DNA from: Coprobacillaceae bacterium
Lineage (GTDB): Bacteria > Bacillota_I > Bacilli_A > Erysipelotrichales > Coprobacillaceae
Length of the DNA: 32,000 bases
Reading direction: 5' to 3'
Assembly: GCA_963675915.1 (NCBI GenBank)
Contig: OY780959.1
Location: 1,530,001-1,562,000 of the forward strand
The notes under the pieces are model-generated. The model made no database searches. It saw only the letters and a list, made by a program, of their open reading frames with translations, and was not told the origin of the DNA. The number at the start of each line of letters is the position of its first letter. Position 1 is the first letter of the stretch. The translations under genes were made by a program, and so were the position numbers. Of the stretch, positions 1 to 7,105 are shown in pieces.

Positions 1-165
1 TTCAAGTCCGGCAATCATTCTCAAGGTCGTCGATTTACCACAGCCAGAAGGCCCAACCAGGACAATGAATTCCTTGTCTTTGATTTCCAGGTTAAGATTC
101 TTGATCACTTCCACCCCGCCTGGATAAGTTTTATTTAGATTACGAATAGATATATTTGCCATCAT
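1..165 (-). CDS. ABC transporter ATP-binding protein; only the N-terminal 55 codons are present because the gene runs off the left edge
   Basis: Minus-strand translation from the ATG at 165 gives [55 protein letters not shown]. It has Walker [10 protein letters not shown] and a MalK/MsmK/UgpC-like N-terminus. A GGAG RBS lies just upstream. It is the last gene of the SBP-permease-permease operon. Confidence 0.85.
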   Translation of the reverse strand, partial: MMANISIRNLNKTYPGGVEVIKNLNLEIKDKEFIVLVGPSGCGKSTTLRMIAGLE

Positions 166-174
166 TGTCTCCTT

Positions 175-1026
175 TTATTTGATTGCGCCATTGACAACGC
201 CTTTGATAATCTGTCTTTGACCGATAATGTAAAAAATCAAAATCGGAATCAGCGCCATCAAATACGACGCAAAAGCCAGATTATAGTTTGTCCCGAATTG
301 ACTTTGGAAGTTTAGCTGGGCAATCGGGAGCGTATTGTGACCGGTTCCCGCCAAAAGGACCAGCGGCAGCATCACATCATTCCAGGTTGCCAAGGCGGTC
401 AGGATCGCCACGGTTGCATGCATCGGTTTCATCAGCGGAAAAATCACTTTCCTGAAGGTCGTGAAAGTCGATGCACCATCGATACTGGCTGCTTCTTCCA
501 GGGCCAGAGGGATATTTTTCAGGTACCCCGTGTAAAGCATCAGATTGAGGGGCATGAAAAACACACTGTAAAGCAACACCACCCCGAAACGGTTGTCGAT
601 TCCCATCAAGGCTGTCTGTTTGACAATCGGGAGCATGATAATCGCAAATGGGACAAACATCCCGCTGACGATATAAAAGTACAAGAACCGATAACCCTTG
701 CGCTGCATACTTCTTCCAATCGCATAACCAAGCATTGAATGGAATAAAACAACAACCACCACCGTCGCACCGGTAATCAGAACGCTGTTGCCCAAAGTAT
801 GCCAGAAATCAGTAATCCGCATCGCTTCTGAAAAATTCGAAAAACTCCACGATTCCGGAAGTGAAAGCAGACCGGAAATACTGCCATCCATCTGCGAAGG
901 ATCCTTGAACGCAATCATCACGGTTAGATAGAGCGGAAAGAAAACTGTCAGACACCCTACGATCAATCCGAAAGTAACCAAACGGTTGGTCTTATGAGCT
1001 GAGCGCATCATCTTTGACTTGTTCAT
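175..1026 (-). CDS. carbohydrate ABC transporter permease (MalG/UgpE-like)
   Basis: 283-aa polytopic membrane protein with an EAA-type loop (LEEAASIDGASTFTTFRKVIFPLMKP). Its ATGA start/stop overlap with the upstream permease is at 1026. Confidence 0.9.
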   Translation of the reverse strand: MNKSKMMRSAHKTNRLVTFGLIVGCLTVFFPLYLTVMIAFKDPSQMDGSISGLLSLPESWSFSNFSEAMRITDFWHTLGNSVLITGATVVVVVLFHSMLGYAIGRSMQRKGYRFLYFYIVSGMFVPFAIIMLPIVKQTALMGIDNRFGVVLLYSVFFMPLNLMLYTGYLKNIPLALEEAASIDGASTFTTFRKVIFPLMKPMHATVAILTALATWNDVMLPLVLLAGTGHNTLPIAQLNFQSQFGTNYNLAFASYLMALIPILIFYIIGQRQIIKGVVNGAIK

Positions 1027-1904
1027 CAGAGCTGTTCCTCCTTACTGCCTAAAAATTTCAACTGAAACAATGATATGACCACAATCACAACAAAGAATAT
1101 CACGGCATTGGCACTTTGATAACCAAACGCCCCGCCGGTAAGCCCCCCATTGTAGATCAGATATGATATCGATTCGGTCGATCTTGCCGGCCCACCACCA
1201 GTCAGGGATACTACCTGATCAAAAACCATCAAGAAGTTTTTCATGCACAGAATCATGTTGATGGTAAAAAATGGCATGATCAACGGAAAAGTAATCCGTT
1301 TGAATTTACGAAAACCTTCCGCTCCGTCAATTTTCGCCGCTTCATAGACATCTTCAGGAACAGTCTGGAGTCCGGAAATATAAATCAAAGTGTTCATCGC
1401 AACTGACTGCCACGCCACCGTGATCACCAAAGCAAACCAAGCGGTTTTCGGATTGGCAAGAAGACTGCTTGACAAGGCCCCGCTATGAACAGCAGCTCCT
1501 ATTTCCGGGAGAATATAGGTGAAAAAGAAATTGAAGACATAACCAATCACCAGTCCCCCAAGGATATTGGGCAGGAAATATATGGCTCTAAGGACTCCCT
1601 TGGCCCGGATTTTGGCATTTAGACCCAGAGCCAAAACCAGCGAAATCACGTTGACCAAAACAGTGCAGACAACCGCAAACCCGAATGTAAAGATGTAAGA
1701 ATTAATGATTCTTTGATCCTGGATCAAATCAAGATAATTCCGAAACCCGATAAAATCATAGTCACCAAAGCCCCTGAAGTTGGTCAGGCTGTACCCAAAT
1801 CCCTGGATTACTGCCATCGTATTGAAAACAACAAACAGCAACAACATTGGGATTGTAATCGCCATAAAAGTCCGGGTTCGGTTATTATTAAACTTGTTTT
1901 TCAT
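1026..1904 (-). CDS. carbohydrate ABC transporter permease (MalF/UgpA-like)
   Basis: 292-aa membrane protein with EAA loop YEAAKIDGAEGFRKFKRITFPLIMP. It is 10 nt downstream of the SBP gene. Confidence 0.9.
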   Translation of the reverse strand: MKNKFNNNRTRTFMAITIPMLLLFVVFNTMAVIQGFGYSLTNFRGFGDYDFIGFRNYLDLIQDQRIINSYIFTFGFAVVCTVLVNVISLVLALGLNAKIRAKGVLRAIYFLPNILGGLVIGYVFNFFFTYILPEIGAAVHSGALSSSLLANPKTAWFALVITVAWQSVAMNTLIYISGLQTVPEDVYEAAKIDGAEGFRKFKRITFPLIMPFFTINMILCMKNFLMVFDQVVSLTGGGPARSTESISYLIYNGGLTGGAFGYQSANAVIFFVVIVVISLFQLKFLGSKEEQL

Positions 1905-1913
1905 TGCAGCCTC

Positions 1914-3179
1914 CTACTGATTATTATAGTACTCTTCCAATTTGGCAATATTATCCCGGTTGAATCGTAGCCAATCGGCATCAAAGGTGCTTAAAAAGGA
2001 ATCCAGGTCACCATCAATCAAAAATGTCTGAATCAAGGCGTCGGCGCCCAGTTCACTAGGATAGCGGTGGTCTGGATAATCCATCAACATTCCCGAATCA
2101 ATATGATCAATCAAGCCGTCAAGGGATTCATTAAGCATGAATTCGCCTTCCTTGCAAGGTACTGCAATCTGATTTTCAACGTACTTTTGGACATTGTCAT
2201 CGCGTTGGAAAAACTCAAGCACCCGATAACAGGCTTCCTTATGTTTCGAACTCTGCATTACGCAAAACTGGAGGTCAATTCCGGAATTGAGAAGGTTGGC
2301 GCTCGAGTCATTGTTTGCCGGCATGACCATGGAACCAATCTGAATTTCCGGATTGACTGACTTGATTTGGGGAATTGCATAAGAACCAAGCGGAAGCATC
2401 GCTGATTTCCCGCGCGCAAAAGCCGCACAGGCATCAATATAACCAAATGCAAACGGATCATTTTTGCTGTATTGAAGCAATTGTTGTTGCTTCAAGGCGA
2501 TTTCACCGTAGTGATTTGTGAAACTGTCGTTGCCAAGATTGACCTCTGTGATCAAATCAGGACTGGTCATACTTACTGCCAAGGCATTCCAAGGCGCCAA
2601 TGTTGTCCACGAGTCCTTGTGACCCAGAGTAAATGGCGCAACTCCCGCTTCCTCCATCACCTCACAAAGTGTCATGAGATCATCCCAGGTAGTCGGTATC
2701 TCCCAGTCATTTTCTTCAAAAATTGCTTTATTATAGAGAATTCCCGAGGCATTGGCCGCATAAGGCAATCCGTAGACCCCTGCTTGCGGGACAATTTCCA
2801 GTTCCTTGTCAATATCAAGATAACGTTGCTTGACAGTATTTATTTCATCATATTCGCTGATATCTGCGACTACGCCGGTATCCACGAGAATCGAAAAGAA
2901 ATTGTCGCCTCCGATCCCGATAATATCCGGAGCATCTTCCTTGATCAAGCGGGTCTTGATAACCGTGACCGCCTCCCGGGGTGTTTCGATTACCAGATTC
3001 AAGTCCGGGTTTTCGCGATTGAACTCGCGCTCGAACTCCTCAAATATCGCTACTGCTTCGATTTTATATGATACCATTTCGATTGTCGTCTTTACCGCGC
3101 CACCATCATCCAAAGAACATCCAAACAACATTCCGGCAATCAGAGTGGGTCCTAAAAGAAAAATCAGAATCTTTTTCAT
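1914..3179 (-). CDS. extracellular solute-binding lipoprotein of a sugar ABC transporter (family 1 SBP)
   Basis: The ORF track starts at 3266. The ATG at 3179 follows AGGAGG and gives MKKILIFLLGPTLIAGMLFGC, a signal peptide with lipobox LFGC. The remainder looks like a family-1 sugar SBP. Confidence 0.85.
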   Translation of the reverse strand: MKKILIFLLGPTLIAGMLFGCSLDDGGAVKTTIEMVSYKIEAVAIFEEFEREFNRENPDLNLVIETPREAVTVIKTRLIKEDAPDIIGIGGDNFFSILVDTGVVADISEYDEINTVKQRYLDIDKELEIVPQAGVYGLPYAANASGILYNKAIFEENDWEIPTTWDDLMTLCEVMEEAGVAPFTLGHKDSWTTLAPWNALAVSMTSPDLITEVNLGNDSFTNHYGEIALKQQQLLQYSKNDPFAFGYIDACAAFARGKSAMLPLGSYAIPQIKSVNPEIQIGSMVMPANNDSSANLLNSGIDLQFCVMQSSKHKEACYRVLEFFQRDDNVQKYVENQIAVPCKEGEFMLNESLDGLIDHIDSGMLMDYPDHRYPSELGADALIQTFLIDGDLDSFLSTFDADWLRFNRDNIAKLEEYYNNQ

Positions 3180-3549
3180 CAAAATTCCTCCTGAAATATT
3201 ATATGTCCCCTCATGTGCAAATCCATTTTGTCCCTTGAAATATCTTAAATGTGTTTGCGCTTCCACTTATAATCATATCATTTTTTTTCAAATATTCCAT
3301 CTTTTGATGTTAGTAAAACATGTCTTAATGTTTGATAATTCAACATTAGGACAATATCCGAAGCGATAAATTAAGACGAACTCAGGAAATTGTAGTGTTT
3401 TTAGCCATCAATTCGGTATCCAATTGGCAAACATTGGGCTTGAAAAATGCTTTTTACTCGCCATTATCCAACTTTAGGAACAAATCAGCGCCCAAGTCTT
3501 AAACCAAACATTTTGACATGTTCCAACATCAGTCGCCTTTAACGAGCAA

Positions 3550-3586
3550 TAAAAAAAACGACTTCAGTTAATTTCTAAAGTCGTTT
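3550..3586 (-). terminator. rho-independent terminator after the UPF0340 gene
   Basis: Stem AACGACTT (3557-3564) pairs with AAGTCGTT (3578-3585). It is followed on the minus strand by a run of 8 T. Confidence 0.6.
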
Positions 3587-3618
3587 GATTATTGATCCGA
3601 TAACTGACTGATGGTCAG

Positions 3619-4173
3619 TTACCCGCGAAAATCACTATTGTATTTGGCTCTGATTCCGCCAATGTATTTTGCCCGGCATCTCGCTCCTGTCACATGGGCA
3701 GCCCCGATGTTCCGCTTGTGAAGATGCACTGGTACAGCTACATGACGCAAATGCATTCCGATAAAGGTACCCCCGATATCGATTCCAGCATCTGCTTTAA
3801 CGAACTCGACCACAACCGGATTTTCAAATTGAGAATAAGCATATGTAGACATGGCCCCGCCGGCATTGCTTTGAGGCACGACATTGACAATTTCCAGTCC
3901 TCGCTTGATTGCTTCATCTTTTTCCATTACGATTGCCCGATTAAGGTGCTCACAGCATTGCGTGCACACTTTGACTCCGATTTCAGTCAGTTTGGGATAA
4001 ATGACATCGAAAATAGCTTTGGCGATATCCAATGACGAGTGGGACCCGATCATTTCTCCGGCTACTTCACTAGTCGAACATCCGATTACAAAAAGTTCTC
4101 CGGCTTCGAGCTTCGCTAATTCTAAAAATTCTTCAATCAATTGATTACTATCATTCTCAATGTTTGCTATCAT
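3619..4173 (-). CDS. TIGR01440 / UPF0340 (YwlG-like) family protein, function unknown
   Basis: 184 aa with the family-typical LFVIGCSTSEVAGEMIG motif. AGGAG lies 7 nt upstream inside the end of the preceding gene. The gap to the S-component gene is 2 nt. Confidence 0.8.
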   Translation of the reverse strand: MIANIENDSNQLIEEFLELAKLEAGELFVIGCSTSEVAGEMIGSHSSLDIAKAIFDVIYPKLTEIGVKVCTQCCEHLNRAIVMEKDEAIKRGLEIVNVVPQSNAGGAMSTYAYSQFENPVVVEFVKADAGIDIGGTFIGMHLRHVAVPVHLHKRNIGAAHVTGARCRAKYIGGIRAKYNSDFRG

Positions 4174-4175
4174 TT

Positions 4176-4682
4176 TTATTCTCCTGTTATTCGTGAAAAG
4201 ATATTTGTTCTGTTCAAGACATTGTAGACTACTTCAAAAACAATTATCGATCCGACCGCTTGGATTGCATTGAATGGAATTTCATACAATGGTCCTTCAA
4301 ATGAATCGAACATAATGACTTCGCCTACAAAATACGATGCTATCATTATAACCGATGCCACAATAAATGCCAACAATCTTAATTTGAAATTTTTACGGCT
4401 TTTGCGGACAATCAGATAGAAAGCCAATCCCATCAATGTTTTTGCCACAAAAGTCAAAGGTGCAAATGAAGCATACCCAGCCACGAAATCTGCCAAGGCA
4501 CTCCCGATTCCACCTACGAATACTCCAAGTAAGCTTGGCATCAACATGATTGACAAGAAAATCATGCTGTCACCGACATGGATGTATCCACCCGCGATTC
4601 CAGTCGGGATTTTGATAAATGCCGTAGCCAGAACAATCAGGGCAATGCATAATGCTCCCAACGCTATATCTCTAGTTTTCAA
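4176..4682 (-). CDS. small polytopic membrane protein, ECF-transporter S-component-like (substrate unknown)
   Basis: 168 aa with about 5-6 TM helices and an N-terminus MKTRDIALGALCIALIVLATAFIKIP typical of ECF S components. It has a TTG start 8 nt after AAGGAGG. No EcfA/EcfT genes are present in the window. Confidence 0.55.
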   Translation of the reverse strand: MKTRDIALGALCIALIVLATAFIKIPTGIAGGYIHVGDSMIFLSIMLMPSLLGVFVGGIGSALADFVAGYASFAPLTFVAKTLMGLAFYLIVRKSRKNFKLRLLAFIVASVIMIASYFVGEVIMFDSFEGPLYEIPFNAIQAVGSIIVFEVVYNVLNRTNIFSRITGE

Positions 4683-4730
4683 TTTGAATTCCTCCTTATT
4701 AACACGTTACTATTGTATATCAGATTTGTA

Positions 4731-4739
4731 TGGTATAAA
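4731..4739 (+). promoter_or_regulatory. extended -10 promoter element (TGgTATAAA) for the MocR gene
   Basis: TGGTATAAA lies 47 nt upstream of the ATG at 4786. TTGTAT at 4713-4718 is a possible -35 with a short 15-nt spacer. Confidence 0.4.
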
Positions 4740-4785
4740 ATATACAAAAGTACAAAATTTCACCAGTACAGTTCCGGAGATATAT

Positions 4786-6147
4786 ATGAATAAATTAATA
4801 CCTGTAATCAACAAAACAGACAAAACACCTTTATATTTGCAAATCTATGACTATATCAAAGCCGCAATCTTCAATCACGATATCAAACCAAACGACAAAC
4901 TGCCCTCACTACGCTCTCTGGCGAAAAATCTTGAAATATCGATCACCACCATCGAGCAGGCATACGAACAACTGATTGTCGAAGGGTACGTCTATTCCAA
5001 GCCCAACAGCGGTTTTTATGTCAAAGCCAAACTTGACGGGCACCGCTTTGGCCAATCAAACCCGAACCATCGCAGCGAAGATGTAATCGCCATCGAAGAA
5101 AATCCCTATTATTACGATGACAGCTGCTTTAGTTTCGAGCGCTATAAAAAATGTGTCAACAAAATCATCAACGAGTACCGTTCTGCGCTTTTCGCTCCTT
5201 CAAACAATCAGGGCGAGTTGTCATTACGTCAGGAAATCTCCCGCTATGTCTATCAATCACGGGGAGTTCGCTGCCATCCCGATCAAGTGGTTATTGGCGC
5301 CGGAACCCAGCAGCTGACTTCATTGGTTGTCGCTATGCTCAAACAGTTGCGCATCAATGTTTTCGTTGTTGAAAATCCTTCGTATACGCCGGTAATCGAC
5401 ATCTTCAAAAACAGTAACTTTTCAATCCTGAATGTCGATGTCAATCAGGATGGAGTGAGCCTTGATCAGCTCCCAACCAATATTCCCTGTGTCCTCTATA
5501 CCGCTCCTTCAAACCAGTTTCCAACCGGAGCTTTCATGCCCATCGACCGGCGGATTCAGGCGATCAACTGGGCCAATCAAAACAATTCCTATATTATCGA
5601 GGATGATTACGACAGCGAACTGAGATATCTGACCAAGCCGATTCCGGCCATGCAGGGTCTTGATAAGGAATCGAAATCAATCATCTACCTGGGATCTTTT
5701 TCATCGACCATGTATCAGTCATTTAGAATTTCGTATATGATTCTTCCGGCCTCATTGGTGGCAACCTACAATCAAATCAAATTTCAGTACAACCAGACCT
5801 GTTCAAAACTCGAACAGCTAGCACTGGGATTATTCATGAATAATGGTGATTATCAAAAAGGAATCAAGAAGATGCGCAAACTGTACGCCGATAAACAAAC
5901 CATGGTTTTCAAGATTCTCGAGGAATATCCGAATGTGACAGTAACCGACCGGACCACCGGAATCGCCCTGGGTCTCAAAATCAATTCACTCAAGTCGCCG
6001 CGCAAGCTGGTGGAAATTGCCCGCGAATGTCGCATAAAACTGCGAATTTTCCAAGTAAATAACGAGATAATCTACCTTTTGTACTATAATTATATCCCAA
6101 AAGAAGATATCAATAAAGCATTAATCGAGTTTCTAAAAAGAATCTAA
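4786..6147 (+). CDS. MocR/PdxR-type GntR-family transcriptional regulator with an aminotransferase-like domain
   Basis: The start is refined to the ATG at 4786 (MNKLIPVINK...). The upstream 80 codons of the 533-aa ORF overlap the divergent membrane gene. GntR wHTH: LPSLRSLAKNLEISITTIEQAYEQLIVEGYV. Fold-type I AAT motifs: IIEDDYDSELRY and YLGSFSSTMYQSFRISYMILP. Confidence 0.85.
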   Translation: MNKLIPVINKTDKTPLYLQIYDYIKAAIFNHDIKPNDKLPSLRSLAKNLEISITTIEQAYEQLIVEGYVYSKPNSGFYVKAKLDGHRFGQSNPNHRSEDVIAIEENPYYYDDSCFSFERYKKCVNKIINEYRSALFAPSNNQGELSLRQEISRYVYQSRGVRCHPDQVVIGAGTQQLTSLVVAMLKQLRINVFVVENPSYTPVIDIFKNSNFSILNVDVNQDGVSLDQLPTNIPCVLYTAPSNQFPTGAFMPIDRRIQAINWANQNNSYIIEDDYDSELRYLTKPIPAMQGLDKESKSIIYLGSFSSTMYQSFRISYMILPASLVATYNQIKFQYNQTCSKLEQLALGLFMNNGDYQKGIKKMRKLYADKQTMVFKILEEYPNVTVTDRTTGIALGLKINSLKSPRKLVEIARECRIKLRIFQVNNEIIYLLYYNYIPKEDINKALIEFLKRI

Positions 6148-6170
6148 CCGCCAAGGTTAGATTCTTTTTG
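6135..6170. terminator. bidirectional rho-independent terminator
   Basis: AGAATCTAACC (6139-6149) pairs with GGTTAGATTCT (6155-6165). An A-run lies on the left and a T-run on the right. It overlaps the MocR stop codon and the ancestral chbG stop codon. Confidence 0.7.
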
Positions 6171-6191
6171 CAATATTATTGAAATTGATTA

Positions 6192-6199
6192 ATTCGAAA
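6192..6199. repeat. left copy of the 8-bp target-site duplication ATTCGAAA
   Basis: Identical octamer at 8956-8963, immediately outside the IS inverted repeats. Confidence 0.9.
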
Positions 6200-6222
6200 G
6201 TATGCGTCAAATAGAGCGGTGG
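6200..6222 (+). repeat. IS66 left terminal inverted repeat (IRL)
   Basis: GTATGCGTCAAATAGAGCGGTGG. A further subterminal TCGAGG is shared with IRR after a 1-nt offset. Confidence 0.9.
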
Positions 6223-6246
6223 TAGGTTGTCGAGGTCATTGATGGT

Positions 6247-6609
6247 ATGATTATCACATCGAATTGGAGGTGTGATGATTTGAATTATTCTGATGATCAG
6301 TGGCAGGTGATATTTACTGAGGCTGCCAATAGTGATCTGACCATTAAAAAATGGTGTTTGGCTAACGATGTTTCGTACAATGCTTTTTGCTACCACAAGT
6401 ATTCTAAGCCATATTTGAATCGCTCAAGAGATGAAGTTAAGGATTCTGGATTTACTACAGCTCTTGTCAGGCTGGATATTGTTGATTGCAACAGTAAAGT
6501 TGTTTCCAAGGGGTTCGATGTCAATATTGGCAAGGCTACTATTTCGGTTGACGACTCGACAGACTTGGAAACTCTGGCTAAACTGATAGGTATGATCAAT
6601 GAAGCTTAG
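6247..6609 (+). CDS. tnpA: IS66-family accessory protein TnpA (small HTH protein)
   Basis: 120-aa ORF, first in the IS. An alternative TTG start at 6280 lies 9 nt after GGAGG. It overlaps tnpB by 11 nt, as is usual for IS66. Confidence 0.7.
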   Translation: MIITSNWRCDDLNYSDDQWQVIFTEAANSDLTIKKWCLANDVSYNAFCYHKYSKPYLNRSRDEVKDSGFTTALVRLDIVDCNSKVVSKGFDVNIGKATISVDDSTDLETLAKLIGMINEA

Positions 6610-6958
6610 GTTTGAAGACTTCGACAATATCTATTTGGTTCCTGGGGCAACTGATCTTAGGAAAAGCTACGCCGGGTTAAGCGCGATTGTATCCCACAGC
6701 CTGTATCTTGACCCCACCGCCAATAACCTGTACATCTTTTGCAACAGATCCAAGAAAAGCATCAAGATGCTGGAGTTCGACAAGAACGGATTTGTCATCC
6801 ACTCCAAGAAGCTGCTTAATAAAGATAAGTTCTTCTGGCCCAAGGGTGATGAAGATATCACTTCAATGGTTGTTGACATCCGTCAGTTGAGTTGGTTGCT
6901 TGATGGATTGGCAATTGAACAGAAAAGGGCATTCAAGGACATTTCAGTAATGATATAG
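6599..6958 (+). CDS. tnpB: IS66 Orf2-like protein TnpB (not the IS200/IS605 RNA-guided TnpB)
   Basis: 119 aa, with IYLVPGATDLRKSYAGLSAIV...LYIFCNRSKKSIKMLEFDKNGF...KFFWP, the characteristic IS66 Orf2 signature. Confidence 0.9.
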   Translation: MKLRFEDFDNIYLVPGATDLRKSYAGLSAIVSHSLYLDPTANNLYIFCNRSKKSIKMLEFDKNGFVIHSKKLLNKDKFFWPKGDEDITSMVVDIRQLSWLLDGLAIEQKRAFKDISVMI

Positions 6959-7105
6959 CCCCTACGCATAAGATTAATTCACATTTTTTTGTGGGTTTAT
7001 CTTTTGCCTTTTGAAGTTATTCACATCTTTTATAAATTGCCGTGAAATCAAGACTTTCAGGGCTTTTTATGCTACAATGCCACTAGTGGAAAGAGGTGGA
7101 TTCAA

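Noticed and set aside
3180-3266. 29-codon extension upstream of the SBP signal peptide (MEAQTHLRYF...)
   Set aside because: AGGAGG sits directly before the internal ATG at 3179, which starts a textbook lipoprotein signal peptide. The extension lies in the AT-rich leader.
4546-4785. 80-codon N-terminal extension of the MocR ORF (the 533-aa version in the ORF track)
   Set aside because: It overlaps the divergent membrane-protein gene antisense and has no RBS. The ATG at 4786 gives the canonical GntR wHTH N-terminus.
6157-6396. 79-aa minus-strand ORF spanning the left IS66 end
   Set aside because: It is a chimeric read-through of IS sequence into the flank and not a gene. Only its last 11 codons are meaningful, as the displaced ancestral chbG tail.
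6599-6958. Possibility that the IS tnpB is an RNA-guided TnpB nuclease (OMEGA system)
   Set aside because: This is the 119-aa IS66 Orf2 family protein, which is unrelated to the ~400-aa RuvC-containing IS200/IS605 TnpB. No omega-RNA-like structure is expected or seen.
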